Positions 38,090 through 48,048 of a stretch of 64,000 nucleotides of DNA are shown one piece after another. Source of the stretch: Candidatus Latescibacterota bacterium. Lineage in GTDB: Bacteria; Latescibacterota; UBA2968; GCA-2709665. A model generated the notes under the pieces. It saw only the letters and a program-made list of their open reading frames with translations, did no database searches and was not told the origin of the DNA. The position numbers were made by a program, and so were the translations under genes. The stretch's first letter is position 1. Each line of letters begins with the position of its first letter. Location of the stretch: assembly GCA_965203805.1 (NCBI GenBank), contig OZ241917.1, positions 4,640,001-4,704,000 on the forward strand. Direction: 5' to 3'.

Positions 38090-39048
38090 TCATTCACGGC
38101 AACCACGTATCCCTTCCTGTTATCGACCACGTTCAACAGCGGTTCGCCGTCCCGGAACCGCCGCACGTTTTCCGCGATCAGTCCGATCCGCCGATCCTCG
38201 ATCCGGTCTGAATGCGCCGCGACGTGCGGCGTGATCATCACATTCTCCATCCCCCACAGCGGGTGCCCTTCCGCCAGCGGCTCCTCTTCGAAAACGTCCA
38301 GTCCCGCTCCTGCCAGTTCGCCATTCATGAGCGCCCGCGTCAGCGCGGCGAGGTCCACCACCTTTCCCCGCCCGATGTTGATGAAGATGGCGCTCGGTTT
38401 CATCGCCCTCAGCGCTGCAGCATCAATCATCCGGTCGGTCTCGCCGGTGTGCGGCGCGCAAATCACGAAGAAATCCACCGCTCCCAGCATCGCGTGCAAT
38501 TCGTCCACGCGGTAAATCCGTTCCACGTAATCGGGACGTCCCTTCGGGGCCGGATCCAGGGCGAGTACTCGCATGCCGAACGCGTGTCCCCGTTCGGCAA
38601 CCGCCAGCCCGATGCCGCCCAGACCCAGCACGCCGAGGGTGGTGCCCGCGACGTGGATGACCGGTACGGACTTTTTCTCCCAGCGACCTTCCAGCTGACT
38701 CCGGAAATATTCCGGAATACCGCGGGCCAGGGAAAGCAGAAGCGCAAAAACGTGCTCCGCGATGACGTCGCTGTAGATCCCGCGCAAGTTGGTGACGGCG
38801 ACTTCGCTTTCATGTAATTCCGGGAAATAATAACCGTCCAGTCCGGCGCTTGTCGCCTGGACCCAGCGAAGGTTTTTTCCCGCGGCCAGCAGCGCCGGCG
38901 TCATGCGCCCGTAAAACGCGTCCGCATCCGCGATCAGATCCAGCGCCGCCGCCTCGGACTCCGCTACGCGCGTCTCCACGCCGATTTCGCGGACTCGCCC
39001 CATCCAATCCGGACTGAGCGCCGGCCAGAATACCATTTTCACCGCCAT
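38086..39048 (-). CDS. D-2-hydroxyacid dehydrogenase
   Basis: Motifs GLGGIG, INIGRG, GAGLDVFEEEPL and ITPHVA. Confidence 0.92.
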   Translation of the reverse strand: MAVKMVFWPALSPDWMGRVREIGVETRVAESEAAALDLIADADAFYGRMTPALLAAGKNLRWVQATSAGLDGYYFPELHESEVAVTNLRGIYSDVIAEHVFALLLSLARGIPEYFRSQLEGRWEKKSVPVIHVAGTTLGVLGLGGIGLAVAERGHAFGMRVLALDPAPKGRPDYVERIYRVDELHAMLGAVDFFVICAPHTGETDRMIDAAALRAMKPSAIFINIGRGKVVDLAALTRALMNGELAGAGLDVFEEEPLAEGHPLWGMENVMITPHVAAHSDRIEDRRIGLIAENVRRFRDGEPLLNVVDNRKGYVVAVNE

Positions 39049-39049
39049 T

Positions 39050-39871
39050 TCAATTCTCCTCCACCGGGATGAACGCACCCCTGTCGTCAATTCTGATCTG
39101 CCCCCAATATTGCTCCGGATCGTGCGGCCACGCGACCAGCCAGCCCTCTCCAGCCGCCTGTGTCAGCACCTGTTGCCGCACCTCGAACGTCTTTCTCGGA
39201 TACAGGTCGAACGCCATGATGTAGACTGGGTGCACGTGATGCCTCGTGGGGACCAGGTCTCCAATGAAACAGACCGTCTCGACGCCGCCCTGTACCAGGA
39301 CGGACTGGTGTGCCGTCGTGTGTCCGGGGGTCAGAATCGTCCGCACGCCGGGGCAGATTTCCGCGTCGCCGTCTAGGAACGCGAGAACGCCCGCTCGTTC
39401 CAGCGGAACCAGGTCCGACGCGGCGTGGTAGCCCCTCACCGTTTGCCGGTCCGCGCCCAGGGCGTCTTCCCACTCCTGCCGCTGAATCGTGTACCGGGCG
39501 TTGGGAAACGCGGGTTCAAATCCGCGATCCGTACGAATCGTCGTCCCGCCCGCGTGGTCCATGTGCAGGTGGGTGAGTACCACGCGGTCCACCGCCTCGG
39601 GCGCCACGCCCGCTTCAACCAGCGCTTCGATCACGCCGCGGGAGGGGTCCGTTCCGTAGATTTCCCTGTATTTCGGCGACAGCTTCGCGGCGCCGATTCC
39701 GGTTTCCACCAGCACCGTGTCGGTCGGCGTTTCCACCAGCAGGCAGTTCAGGGCGAGTTGAATCCGGTTCCGCTCGTCGGGCCGTATCTTCTTTTCCCAG
39801 ATCGACCGGGGGACCACGCCGAACATCGTGCCCCCGTCGAGACTGAACCGCCCGGCGTCCAGCGCCGTCAC
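39050..39871 (-). CDS. MBL-fold metallo-hydrolase (YtnP-like)
   Basis: Motifs LDGGTMFGVVP, THLHMDHAGG, PGHT..HQ and GDL.P. The start is uncertain (GTG 39871 chosen). Confidence 0.88.
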   Translation of the reverse strand: MTALDAGRFSLDGGTMFGVVPRSIWEKKIRPDERNRIQLALNCLLVETPTDTVLVETGIGAAKLSPKYREIYGTDPSRGVIEALVEAGVAPEAVDRVVLTHLHMDHAGGTTIRTDRGFEPAFPNARYTIQRQEWEDALGADRQTVRGYHAASDLVPLERAGVLAFLDGDAEICPGVRTILTPGHTTAHQSVLVQGGVETVCFIGDLVPTRHHVHPVYIMAFDLYPRKTFEVRQQVLTQAAGEGWLVAWPHDPEQYWGQIRIDDRGAFIPVEEN

Positions 39872-39903
39872 ACGGATATCCCCTATGGTCCTAGATTCAC
39901 CCT

Positions 39904-40018
39904 TTCGACTGGAATTGCTCACCCGATACCAACTGTGAATGGACTGCGTGAAGATTGAGGGCTGTCGAAGATCCCCGCCAAGAGTCCGCGGGTTCGACGC
40001 GGTCATGATGCAGTTATC
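39904..40018. repeat. ~115 bp diverged direct repeat, copy 1
   Basis: Aligns almost without gaps to 41861-41976 (roughly 70% identity by eye). Confidence 0.75.
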
Positions 40019-40314
40019 AACGACGGAAAGTCAAGGGCAAAAGACCGGAGGTATGGTCATCCGGAGAGTTGGGTAAACGTCCTTCCAGACGACCTTTCCG
40101 GCCAAATTCGGAAGGTTCTGTCGCGGCGCCGCGTTGCTTCTTCTGTCGAATTAAGGTTAATTGTTGGTTGGGAATGAAGTCTGTAAAGAACTTTCGGTCA
40201 GGGTGGGTCGGCTCAAGTTTCCGTTTCTGATAAAACGCGTCGCTGATTTGCCGGTAAAACCAAAGGGTCTGTCGAGGACGGCGGCAAGGAAGACACAATG
40301 AAGGAGGAACACCA

Positions 40315-41487
40315 ATGAGTATGGTACGTGCGTACGCTAAATCGAGCTCATCATATCCAATGCGTGTCATTCTGATCGCCGGGGCACTCATAGTGGGTAC
40401 TATTGCCGGGTGCGGAGGGGATCGCGTTTTGGAAGGGATACCGGATGATGAGCGCATTCCCGAAAGGCCGCTGCGATATGCAGGGAAAGTGGCGCTTGAA
40501 CTGCAAGAGACCATCGAACTTGTGTTCAATGAGGACAAGCCTGAGATCGGGTATGTCGGGTGGATGGGAATTTCACCTGAGGGCACGTTGATGGTTACCG
40601 ATTGGGATAACCATCAGGCGCATGAAATCAACTACCGGGACAATAAGTACATTCGCTCATTCGGGCGTACAGGTAGAGGTCCCGGGGAACACTTGTCGGC
40701 TCACCAGATGACGATAGATCCTGATCGAAGGGTCTATCTCGTTGATCCAGCTCGAGGACAGGTCCTCCGGTATGATCGCACGGGCCGATATCGGGATCGG
40801 ACCGAAGCTATCGGCGTATCGAAGATTCACGCCGGTCCTGAGGGAGAGATGTTCATTCTACGCGTAAACTCAAGTCTTTTCTTGGAATTACAGCGCCGAG
40901 ATCCGGCGACGTTGGGAGTTTTAGGCAGTACACCGCTTTCCAATCAAAATCAGAGTTTTGTGTCGTTTCGGATGAGAGGAATGGCGCATTTGAGTTATAA
41001 CGCATCGATGCAGGTGTTTTATTATCTCGGACCGAATGACTACATGGTCAAAGAGATCGATGCGATAACAGGCGAGATTACCGCGAAATTTGGCCGGCGC
41101 CCTAAGGGATTCGTTGCGTTGCCCGATCGCTTCCACGATATCGGGAGTGGTACTGTTGACGATTTGAGGCAATTGGATATTACCAGTGTAGGATCTATGA
41201 CATTGGTTGAGGATCGATATCTGTTCGTCTCCTTCAATAACCCGGGTACTATAATGAACGAATGGGTCGTCTATATGATAAATCCGTCCGGTCCGTTTGA
41301 TGTGTTCGATCTGGATGACGTTACGATTACAAGCCTTGAGCCATTCAGGGACCACAGCGGTGTGCCGATGCAAGCCATCACCTCTGCGCGGGAATCTGTA
41401 TTTATTTATAGACCGCCTCGTAGAGCAATTGCGGACAAATCCATCGGTACGATAGAAAAATATGCGGTTACGTTGGACCTGAATTAA
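40315..41487 (+). CDS. Beta-propeller (6-bladed/NHL-like) lipoprotein
   Basis: AAGGAGG RBS, lipobox IAG-C and FGRTGRGPGE. Confidence 0.8.
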   Translation: MSMVRAYAKSSSSYPMRVILIAGALIVGTIAGCGGDRVLEGIPDDERIPERPLRYAGKVALELQETIELVFNEDKPEIGYVGWMGISPEGTLMVTDWDNHQAHEINYRDNKYIRSFGRTGRGPGEHLSAHQMTIDPDRRVYLVDPARGQVLRYDRTGRYRDRTEAIGVSKIHAGPEGEMFILRVNSSLFLELQRRDPATLGVLGSTPLSNQNQSFVSFRMRGMAHLSYNASMQVFYYLGPNDYMVKEIDAITGEITAKFGRRPKGFVALPDRFHDIGSGTVDDLRQLDITSVGSMTLVEDRYLFVSFNNPGTIMNEWVVYMINPSGPFDVFDLDDVTITSLEPFRDHSGVPMQAITSARESVFIYRPPRRAIADKSIGTIEKYAVTLDLN

Positions 41488-41574
41488 GGATGGCAAAATC
41501 GAGATCATGTCGCCCGACGAAACCAAGGAACTCGTAAGAGACTTGGCGAAGAAGCGGTCAAAGAGGCGTCGTCC

Positions 41575-41841
41575 TTAGCCGATTGACCGCTCCCTCGCCA
41601 CCTCCACCACCCCTTCAGCGGGGCGCATGCGGACGGAATCGCTGGTGCGGATGTTCGCGAGCGGGTCGGGTTCGAGTTCTTGCATCAGCGCCACGTTGGC
41701 CAACACCGCGCCCTGTACCATCACAGGGTTCGTGCGACCGAAGATGAACCCCGCCGGGCAGGTCCCCCGCTCCACCATGTCCAGCATCATCCACGACGTT
41801 GTGACACCTTCCCTGGACATGCGGAACACGACGATTTTCCG
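41575..41841 (-). pseudogene. 5'-truncated copy of the DUF126 (aconitase X swivel) gene
   Basis: 41598-41841 is highly similar to 46677-46921. The first ~55 codons are missing. Confidence 0.8.
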
Positions 41842-41860
41842 ATGGTCCGCGAATCATGTC

Positions 41861-41976
41861 TTCGATTAGAACTCCTCACTCGATTCCGGCTGTGAATTGA
41901 CTGTGTTGGGTCTTGCGGGTCGTCGTCAATTCTCGACACGAACGCGCGGGTTCGACGCCGTCATTGTGCAAGTGTC
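41861..41976. repeat. ~115 bp diverged direct repeat, copy 2
   Basis: Aligns to 39904-40018. Confidence 0.75.
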
Positions 41977-42248
41977 GCCTGATTCCTCTCATCCGCAAAA
42001 AGCGCGAATAGCGTCGTCCGGCGATCAAAGCGTTTCCTCTGGATCTATGCGCCTGTTGATGATGGCGAACGCTCGTTTGCGATGCGATTGCGGTTCTTGT
42101 GCGACAATGGTGCAGGTTTCGCAAATACTCCTCCCTTATTCCCGCCAGATATCTCGAGTTCACGTGTAAAGGCGGATTTGGAGGGGTATTTTTTTAGGAT
42201 TTGGCCATAGCCGTCACTATTATGGTAGGAGCCTGAGTCGATGCGGGA

Positions 42249-43598
42249 ATGTTGAAGAGCGAACCCAAGCCTCTCCTTAAAAGCGGGAAACTTATGATTG
42301 GAACGCAAGAATTATTCGTCCGGAAAGTGCTGTCGGGCGATAGGGACGCATTTGAACCGCTCGTTGAGCAGCACAAAGGCACGGTTTACGCTCTGGTGGT
42401 GGGAAAGACGGGCGACTTCGCTTCGGCGGAAGATATCGTCCAGGAGACCTTCGTTGAGGCATTTCGGCAATTGAAATCCTTGAAGGACCCGGCGAAGTTT
42501 CGCGCATGGGTCCGGGGTATCGCGATGAATCTTTCCAATGAGTGGATTCGGAAACGCAAGCGGAACGTACCGATTGATGATCTGGACGATTCGAAAGAAG
42601 CGGCCTTTCAAAGCGAAGTTCTGCCGGAGTCTTTCGTTCGATTGCCTGCGGCGCCGGACAGCGACTTCGAAAAGGAAGAGATGCGGAACTACGTGCTTCA
42701 AGCCGTCGAACGACTTTCCGAGAAGTATCGTGAAGTCGTGCTCCTGCACTATATGGAGGGCCTGAAGTACAGGGAAATCGCCGAGATGCTCGACGTCCCG
42801 GAAAGCACAGTGCTCGGCAGGCTCCAGGTGGGTCGCGATCAGCTACGGGAAGAGTTGCTGCCGATCGTCGAGGAGACATTGAAGGAGCAGCAGCCGACGT
42901 CAGAATTGACGCGGAAGGTAATGGCTGCGCTGCCGCCGATGCTCCTGTTGACTCCGAACTCGATATGGGCGAGTGCAAAGCGTTTCTTTGGCCGAAGTCC
43001 ATACTGGCGAACAGGCGGTTTTCTGACGGCGGCGGTTGTTGGAACGGGGATTTACTATTCCGGCTTCGTCGCCATTGTCCAGTGGGAAAACGAAACAAGA
43101 ACCGATTCGCAGCCAGGGGCGGCCGCCGCGCCGATGGCAATCGAGATTGAAAAAGGCGACGTGTCCAACCCGGTAAAACGCCCCAAACAGGCGGAAGCTG
43201 CACTTCAGCAAAGCGCAAAGAAGGGAAACGCAAATGGGCAGGCGAAAAGCACCAATGCCGGCCAGACCAGGCAGGCAGGCGGAGCATCGACGGACAATCC
43301 TCCGAGACCGTCGATGACTCTGTCCGATTCGCCGGCCGATTCCGTGGTTACGATCAAATACACCATTCCAAAGTCAGGCTCTCAAGATTCCGTACACGTT
43401 GAACTCTGGGTCGGTAGTTGGTCGGGAGACCTGTCCGCTGTCCCTGTAAACGCGAAGAAAGTAGTGGGCACCCATGAAGTTATTCTCAAGAAACGTAACC
43501 TTCCTGACGGCACCTATTTTGTTGCGCTCAAATTAAACCGGTCCAGCACACCTGCCGAAATTCGGAGGTTGAATCTATTCTGGGAAGGCAGAAAATAG
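42249..43598 (+). CDS. ECF sigma factor with a long C-terminal extension (TM plus beta-rich domain)
   Basis: Region 2 AEDIVQETF...F.AW; region 4 LHYMEGLKYREIAEML...TV..RL; a hydrophobic segment; and C-terminal TIKYTIP...LPDGTYFVAL. Confidence 0.85.
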   Translation: MLKSEPKPLLKSGKLMIGTQELFVRKVLSGDRDAFEPLVEQHKGTVYALVVGKTGDFASAEDIVQETFVEAFRQLKSLKDPAKFRAWVRGIAMNLSNEWIRKRKRNVPIDDLDDSKEAAFQSEVLPESFVRLPAAPDSDFEKEEMRNYVLQAVERLSEKYREVVLLHYMEGLKYREIAEMLDVPESTVLGRLQVGRDQLREELLPIVEETLKEQQPTSELTRKVMAALPPMLLLTPNSIWASAKRFFGRSPYWRTGGFLTAAVVGTGIYYSGFVAIVQWENETRTDSQPGAAAAPMAIEIEKGDVSNPVKRPKQAEAALQQSAKKGNANGQAKSTNAGQTRQAGGASTDNPPRPSMTLSDSPADSVVTIKYTIPKSGSQDSVHVELWVGSWSGDLSAVPVNAKKVVGTHEVILKKRNLPDGTYFVALKLNRSSTPAEIRRLNLFWEGRK

Positions 43599-43609
43599 GG
43601 GAGGTCCTT

Positions 43610-44929
43610 ATGTTGAATTCCAAAGCAAGGATCACGGGCGGCAGGTGTCAAGTCGGTGATATCGTCCTAATGATCTTGGTCTCAGTAATGCTGATTACGC
43701 AAGCTGAGGCCGGTACGCGAACGCACTCTCGCGAGGAAATACGGCGCTTTTCGGACGCGACGCAGAAACTGATAATGGCGGAAGGCTCAGAAGCCCGCTG
43801 GAACGGTATCCTGGCTCTGGAACGTTTTCGTGCGGAGTTTCCGGAGACCTTCCTGAAAGGCGACGCTGCCGAAGCGTTGTTCCGTTCCTACAGCGATGTG
43901 GTGGATGATCCTGTTTTCCTGCTTCGTCTGGCGGAAGAAGCCATCGCGCTGCTTCCTAATAGAAATGGTTTGTATGAACAAGTGGTACAGCCTTTCGTCG
44001 AAAAGAGGATATTTCCCGATCAAACCCTGGCATATGCCCATAAGTCACTGGAATTGGCCGAGAAAATGCACGCGCAAACCGGCAGCTACAATCGCAAGAT
44101 TATAAAAAGACTCGTGCTCTTGAGCCAGGCTTATCAATTGGCGAATCAGCCAATCGAGGCGTTGACAGTGATGAGGCGAAGCTTACGAAAAGCCGAGGAG
44201 CAGCCTGCGAATGCCTTTCCGGATGAAGCAACTCGCCAGAAGGCCGTTGACGGGATTCGACTGGATTTGCTCCGGCTATACGTTGAGCAGGATCGATGGG
44301 ACCCTGCATACCAACTCGCATGCGATCTCATGAAGACCTCGGTGATCCGTGAACCCGTTTACGAACTATGGAGTAGGGCTTACGTCGGGAAGTTCGGCTC
44401 TGCGGAAGGGATTATTAACGCTTATGCCGATTTGAAGGCCGAGATTGAAGAATCGCGCAAGTCCCGCCTGATTGAAAAGCGCATTAAACGAGCGGCGCCA
44501 GCATTCGTCCTGGAGACGTTGAATGATGAAACGGTGAGCCTGGATGGGTTACGAGGGAAGGTCGTGTTGCTCAATTTCTGGGCGAAATGGTGCGGTCCAT
44601 GTCTTGACGAACTGCCGCAACTCGAAGCGCTGAACCGTACCCTCGGTCAGGAGTCGGTAGAATTCCTGGCAATCAATCTCGATACGCACGAAGACGAGAA
44701 GCGAAAGGAACTGATATCGGGAACCAGGGCGCGGCTGGCGCCCAGCCTGACCTATCTGATGGGCAATGATGAAGTGAGGCGTAAATTCGGTTTCGATAAA
44801 ATACCGTACACGTGTATTGTGGATCGAGAAGGGCAAATTCGTTACGAAAAAACCGGCCTGAGCAGCGACTTCAAGGCAACCATCAAAGATCAGCTGACGT
44901 GGGTAATTGGATTGTCTGAGGCTGAATGA
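43610..44929 (+). CDS. Exported helical-repeat protein with a TlpA/redoxin domain
   Basis: Signal-like N-terminus; APAF.L..L....VSL..LRGKVVLLNFWAKWCGPC; cis-Pro IPYT. Confidence 0.88.
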   Translation: MLNSKARITGGRCQVGDIVLMILVSVMLITQAEAGTRTHSREEIRRFSDATQKLIMAEGSEARWNGILALERFRAEFPETFLKGDAAEALFRSYSDVVDDPVFLLRLAEEAIALLPNRNGLYEQVVQPFVEKRIFPDQTLAYAHKSLELAEKMHAQTGSYNRKIIKRLVLLSQAYQLANQPIEALTVMRRSLRKAEEQPANAFPDEATRQKAVDGIRLDLLRLYVEQDRWDPAYQLACDLMKTSVIREPVYELWSRAYVGKFGSAEGIINAYADLKAEIEESRKSRLIEKRIKRAAPAFVLETLNDETVSLDGLRGKVVLLNFWAKWCGPCLDELPQLEALNRTLGQESVEFLAINLDTHEDEKRKELISGTRARLAPSLTYLMGNDEVRRKFGFDKIPYTCIVDREGQIRYEKTGLSSDFKATIKDQLTWVIGLSEAE

Positions 44930-44998
44930 CGCGAGGGATTTCAGGAGGAGAATTACCGACGTGCTGGGAATTACGGTGTTAAATATCAAATACCCAAA

Positions 44999-45040
44999 CC
45001 AAACCCCTGGACAGAACGAGTTCAGGGGTCTGGTTTTTTC
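44999..45040 (+). terminator. Rho-independent terminator of the ECF-TlpA operon
   Basis: CCAAACCCCTGGAC...GTTCAGGGGTCTGG followed by TTTTTT. Confidence 0.7.
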
Positions 45041-45215
45041 TTCAAAAGTGGGTCGGTTAATCAATCAATAGGTTACCCATGTAAATTGGATATGTAGTCC
45101 CGCGAAGAAATCCAAACCTCAAATCGTCACTTCCAAATGGCTCCATTTTGCCGATCATGGGTGGCCTGATTAGGGCGATCCGTGCCAACATTCCAACAAG
45201 CCTCCTTTGTCTGCC

Positions 45216-46013
45216 TTAATACGGACACACATTGTCGTGAATGGCACCAAGAATATCGCGTGCTTTCTGACGAATAGGGTATTGCCCTTCGACCCTATGT
45301 GGATCTGTTCTACTTACTTGTAACAAGAACTCCTCTACCTGATCATTTGGAAAATATATCAAAAGTCGAATAGCTTCATGACGAGTATCAACATTAGGTG
45401 ATTGTGCCGCTTTAAATAATGCTTCTCTTATACGTCTACGTCGAACTTGCTGTTTTTGAGCAGGCTCATAAGAAAAGAGATATTGCTCATTTATCATAGA
45501 CCGTAGCATACGTACAATCGTATTTTGTGCTTCTAGTGACTCTTCTTGACTTAGAATCTTTATCGTATGATCAACAATAGCCTCGGTGGCCACTTTACGA
45601 TAAGGAAGTTGTGGTGATTGGATGTTATATAGAAATACCCCGAATTCATCCCAAAATGGTAATGACCGTTTATCACTTTGCCAAACTAAGAGTTGATACA
45701 ACTTAAGACCTTGTCCATCATCTAATTTAGCATCCTTAAAAATATAGTATGCGCGTTGTGGCGCACCGTCTTGGACCCGATAAAAATCACCTATTTTCAA
45801 TAAGATTTCACGATATGGCTCCGGCCAAGGTTCTACCGGTAAGAGAAATAAGCTATCGATCAAGGCGTAAGTCGTAGAGTAATCCGACGCATCACTCATC
45901 GCCTGCCAGGCTCTTAGACGTTGTTCATCAGGATATTTATTTTGATCCAATTCTGCACTTGCAATACTGATCGCACCACACAAAACAACAAACCCGATAG
46001 TTAATTTACGCAT
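45216..46013 (-). CDS. AT-rich exported hypothetical protein with a HEAT-like C-terminus
   Basis: Signal peptide MRKLTIGFVVLCGAISIASA; SPNVDTRHEAIRLL...DP.....IRQKA. Confidence 0.7.
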   Translation of the reverse strand: MRKLTIGFVVLCGAISIASAELDQNKYPDEQRLRAWQAMSDASDYSTTYALIDSLFLLPVEPWPEPYREILLKIGDFYRVQDGAPQRAYYIFKDAKLDDGQGLKLYQLLVWQSDKRSLPFWDEFGVFLYNIQSPQLPYRKVATEAIVDHTIKILSQEESLEAQNTIVRMLRSMINEQYLFSYEPAQKQQVRRRRIREALFKAAQSPNVDTRHEAIRLLIYFPNDQVEEFLLQVSRTDPHRVEGQYPIRQKARDILGAIHDNVCPY

Positions 46014-46338
46014 GATCAAACCCCTTAAGATTCGGATCGGACAGTTTATTCCGTCGCACAATATTCCCAAATATTGGACTGTTTGTCAATTCCAAAAGGC
46101 AAATTAAAACCTTCTCCAACAACCCGATGCCCTGCGTGCCAATGTACAGTGAGCCATCTGTCCCAGGGAGCCTAATTTGGAATATTGGAAGGCGAGGAGA
46201 GCATCAAGTGTCGGAGGTTCAATTCCAGAGGCTACCGCCGTCTCGGTACGTGAATTTGACTGTATACGGATATTTCATCTTTATATAATGAACGAGGAAG
46301 GCGTTAAAGGCACAATGGTATTGGGCCAGGATAAACGA

Positions 46339-46521
46339 TCATCCTGGCCGTTGGCTGGTGACGGGCAAACGGGCGGAGACCAAACGTTCGTGCCGCTGGG
46401 TATTGTTGCTATTCCAGAATTCATCCGACGCTTCCTGAATCGCGGTGGCTATGGTCGACTTTCCGGATCTCGGTGCGCCATTCAGAATGATGACCTGCCC
46501 CAACCCTCTGCGTTTTTCCAT
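46339..46521 (-). pseudogene. Fragment of a chloramphenicol phosphotransferase-like kinase
   Basis: GQVIILNGAPRSGKSTIA.AIQ is a CPT-like N-terminus, but the ORF is only ~60 aa. Confidence 0.65.
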
Positions 46522-46662
46522 AGTCAATCCTGCCTCAATAGTCATATTCCAGCCATCATAGGCCGATTCCCCGATTCTGCTAGGTGTCTGGAATTTCTTC
46601 GCACCACGAGGAGAACCTGCGGATAGCCGGGAGGAATTCCTGGAACACAGTTCTTCTCGATC

Positions 46663-47082
46663 TCACGACTGACTGACCACCTCCACCACCCCTTCAGCGG
46701 GGCGCATGCGGACGGTGTCACCGGTGCGGATCGTCGCGAGCGGATCGGGTTGGAGTTCGTGCATCAGCGCCACGTTGGCCAACACCGCGCCCTGAACCAT
46801 CACCGGATTGGTGCGCCCGAAGATGAATCCCGCCGGACAGGTCCCCCGCTCCACCATGTCCAGCATCATCCACGACGTGGCCACGCCTCCCTTGGACGTG
46901 CGGAACACGACGATTCTTCCGGCGATCGACTGTCCGAAGAGCGCGTGTGTCTCCCTGCTGATGACCCCCGTGTACCGGTCATAGTCGTACCGGGCGCTGA
47001 AGCCTTCCACGCACACCAGCGCGATGGCTTCCGCATCGGGTCCGACGCCCGGATGCCCGCGTAGCGCTGCGTTCTCGGTCAT
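46663..47082 (-). CDS. DUF126 / aconitase X swivel domain protein
   Basis: Motifs D..TGVI....H.L.GQSIAGRIVVF..SKG, PAG.IF and IRTGD.V. Confidence 0.85.
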   Translation of the reverse strand: MTENAALRGHPGVGPDAEAIALVCVEGFSARYDYDRYTGVISRETHALFGQSIAGRIVVFRTSKGGVATSWMMLDMVERGTCPAGFIFGRTNPVMVQGAVLANVALMHELQPDPLATIRTGDTVRMRPAEGVVEVVSQS

Positions 47083-47130
47083 CGCCCGGACGATTGAAGT
47101 TGAACTCGCTTGCGAGGCAGGACACCACCG

Positions 47131-48048
47131 CTACGGTCCCAACTTGATCACGCCGCAGCCAATTCTTGCTCCCGCGTTTCCCGAAGGTTGCGAGACGAAG
47201 TCATCCGGCCCTGCGTGGACGACGATCGCCTTTCCGACAACGTCGATATCCGAACCTGTGTTCATCTCCCAGAGATTGGTCGTCAGCTGGAGTCTGCCGA
47301 CGCCTTGCTCGCTGGCGGTCAGATTGCCGATGTCACCAAGATGAAACTCGCCTTCTCCCCATTTTCCGTGGGCTACGCCTGTGGGATTCCAATGCCCGCC
47401 GGCCGACGTCCCGTCCGGCGCGCTGCAATCCCCTTTCTCGTGGATGTGCACCGCGTGTTGGCCCGCGGACGCGTTGTTGAGTTCGACGACGAAAGTGATA
47501 TTGTCGCCGGTCCGGGTGAACACCGCCTTTCCGGTCAGGCCGCTTGCGTTCGACTCGCCAATTATCGCGGTCGCCTGTTCAGCCGTTCCGCCAAGACCCG
47601 TGAGCTGGTACTTTCCGATGACCTGTGCCTTCCCCCTGATGGGCAGATCAATTACGGAACGGTAACCACCGTTGATCGGGATACTTGACCAGCGGCCGAT
47701 CCTCCTCCTATTCAGGAACGCGCGCGCCCGATAGTAACCCGTCGCGGAACCGGCGATTTCAATCCTCACCTGACCTCCGCTATCGGTCACCCCCGACCAT
47801 TGAAAGTTCGGGGCCCGGCCAGAGACAGCGCGCGAGAATTCGACCGTCGCGCCGTTTACGGGCGTGTCTTCCCGCAACACGGTCGCCACCACAATTGCCC
47901 GGGTCCCGTCACCGACGGCGACCTTACTCAGGACCGGCGGATTCTGTTCGCCGGACCCGGACGACATCGTTATACGTTCGCCGCCGCAGCCGCACACGAT
48001 ACCCATAACGAGCGTCAGGACGACGATACAGCGAATTCCGTTTGCCAT
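47131..48048 (-). CDS. sodC: Cu/Zn superoxide dismutase fused to an N-terminal lipoprotein/beta-rich domain
   Basis: Motifs HAVHIHEKGDCS, SAGGHWNP, HLGDIGNL, AIVVH..PDD and GNAGARIGCGVI. The N-terminal signal ends in CGCGG. Confidence 0.9.
   Translation of the reverse strand: MANGIRCIVVLTLVMGIVCGCGGERITMSSGSGEQNPPVLSKVAVGDGTRAIVVATVLREDTPVNGATVEFSRAVSGRAPNFQWSGVTDSGGQVRIEIAGSATGYYRARAFLNRRRIGRWSSIPINGGYRSVIDLPIRGKAQVIGKYQLTGLGGTAEQATAIIGESNASGLTGKAVFTRTGDNITFVVELNNASAGQHAVHIHEKGDCSAPDGTSAGGHWNPTGVAHGKWGEGEFHLGDIGNLTASEQGVGRLQLTTNLWEMNTGSDIDVVGKAIVVHAGPDDFVSQPSGNAGARIGCGVIKLGP

Noticed and set aside
39986-40002. GGTTCGA motif suggesting a tRNA T-loop (also near 41949)
   Set aside because: There is no proper T-stem register or cloverleaf. 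It is treated as part of the 115-bp repeat.
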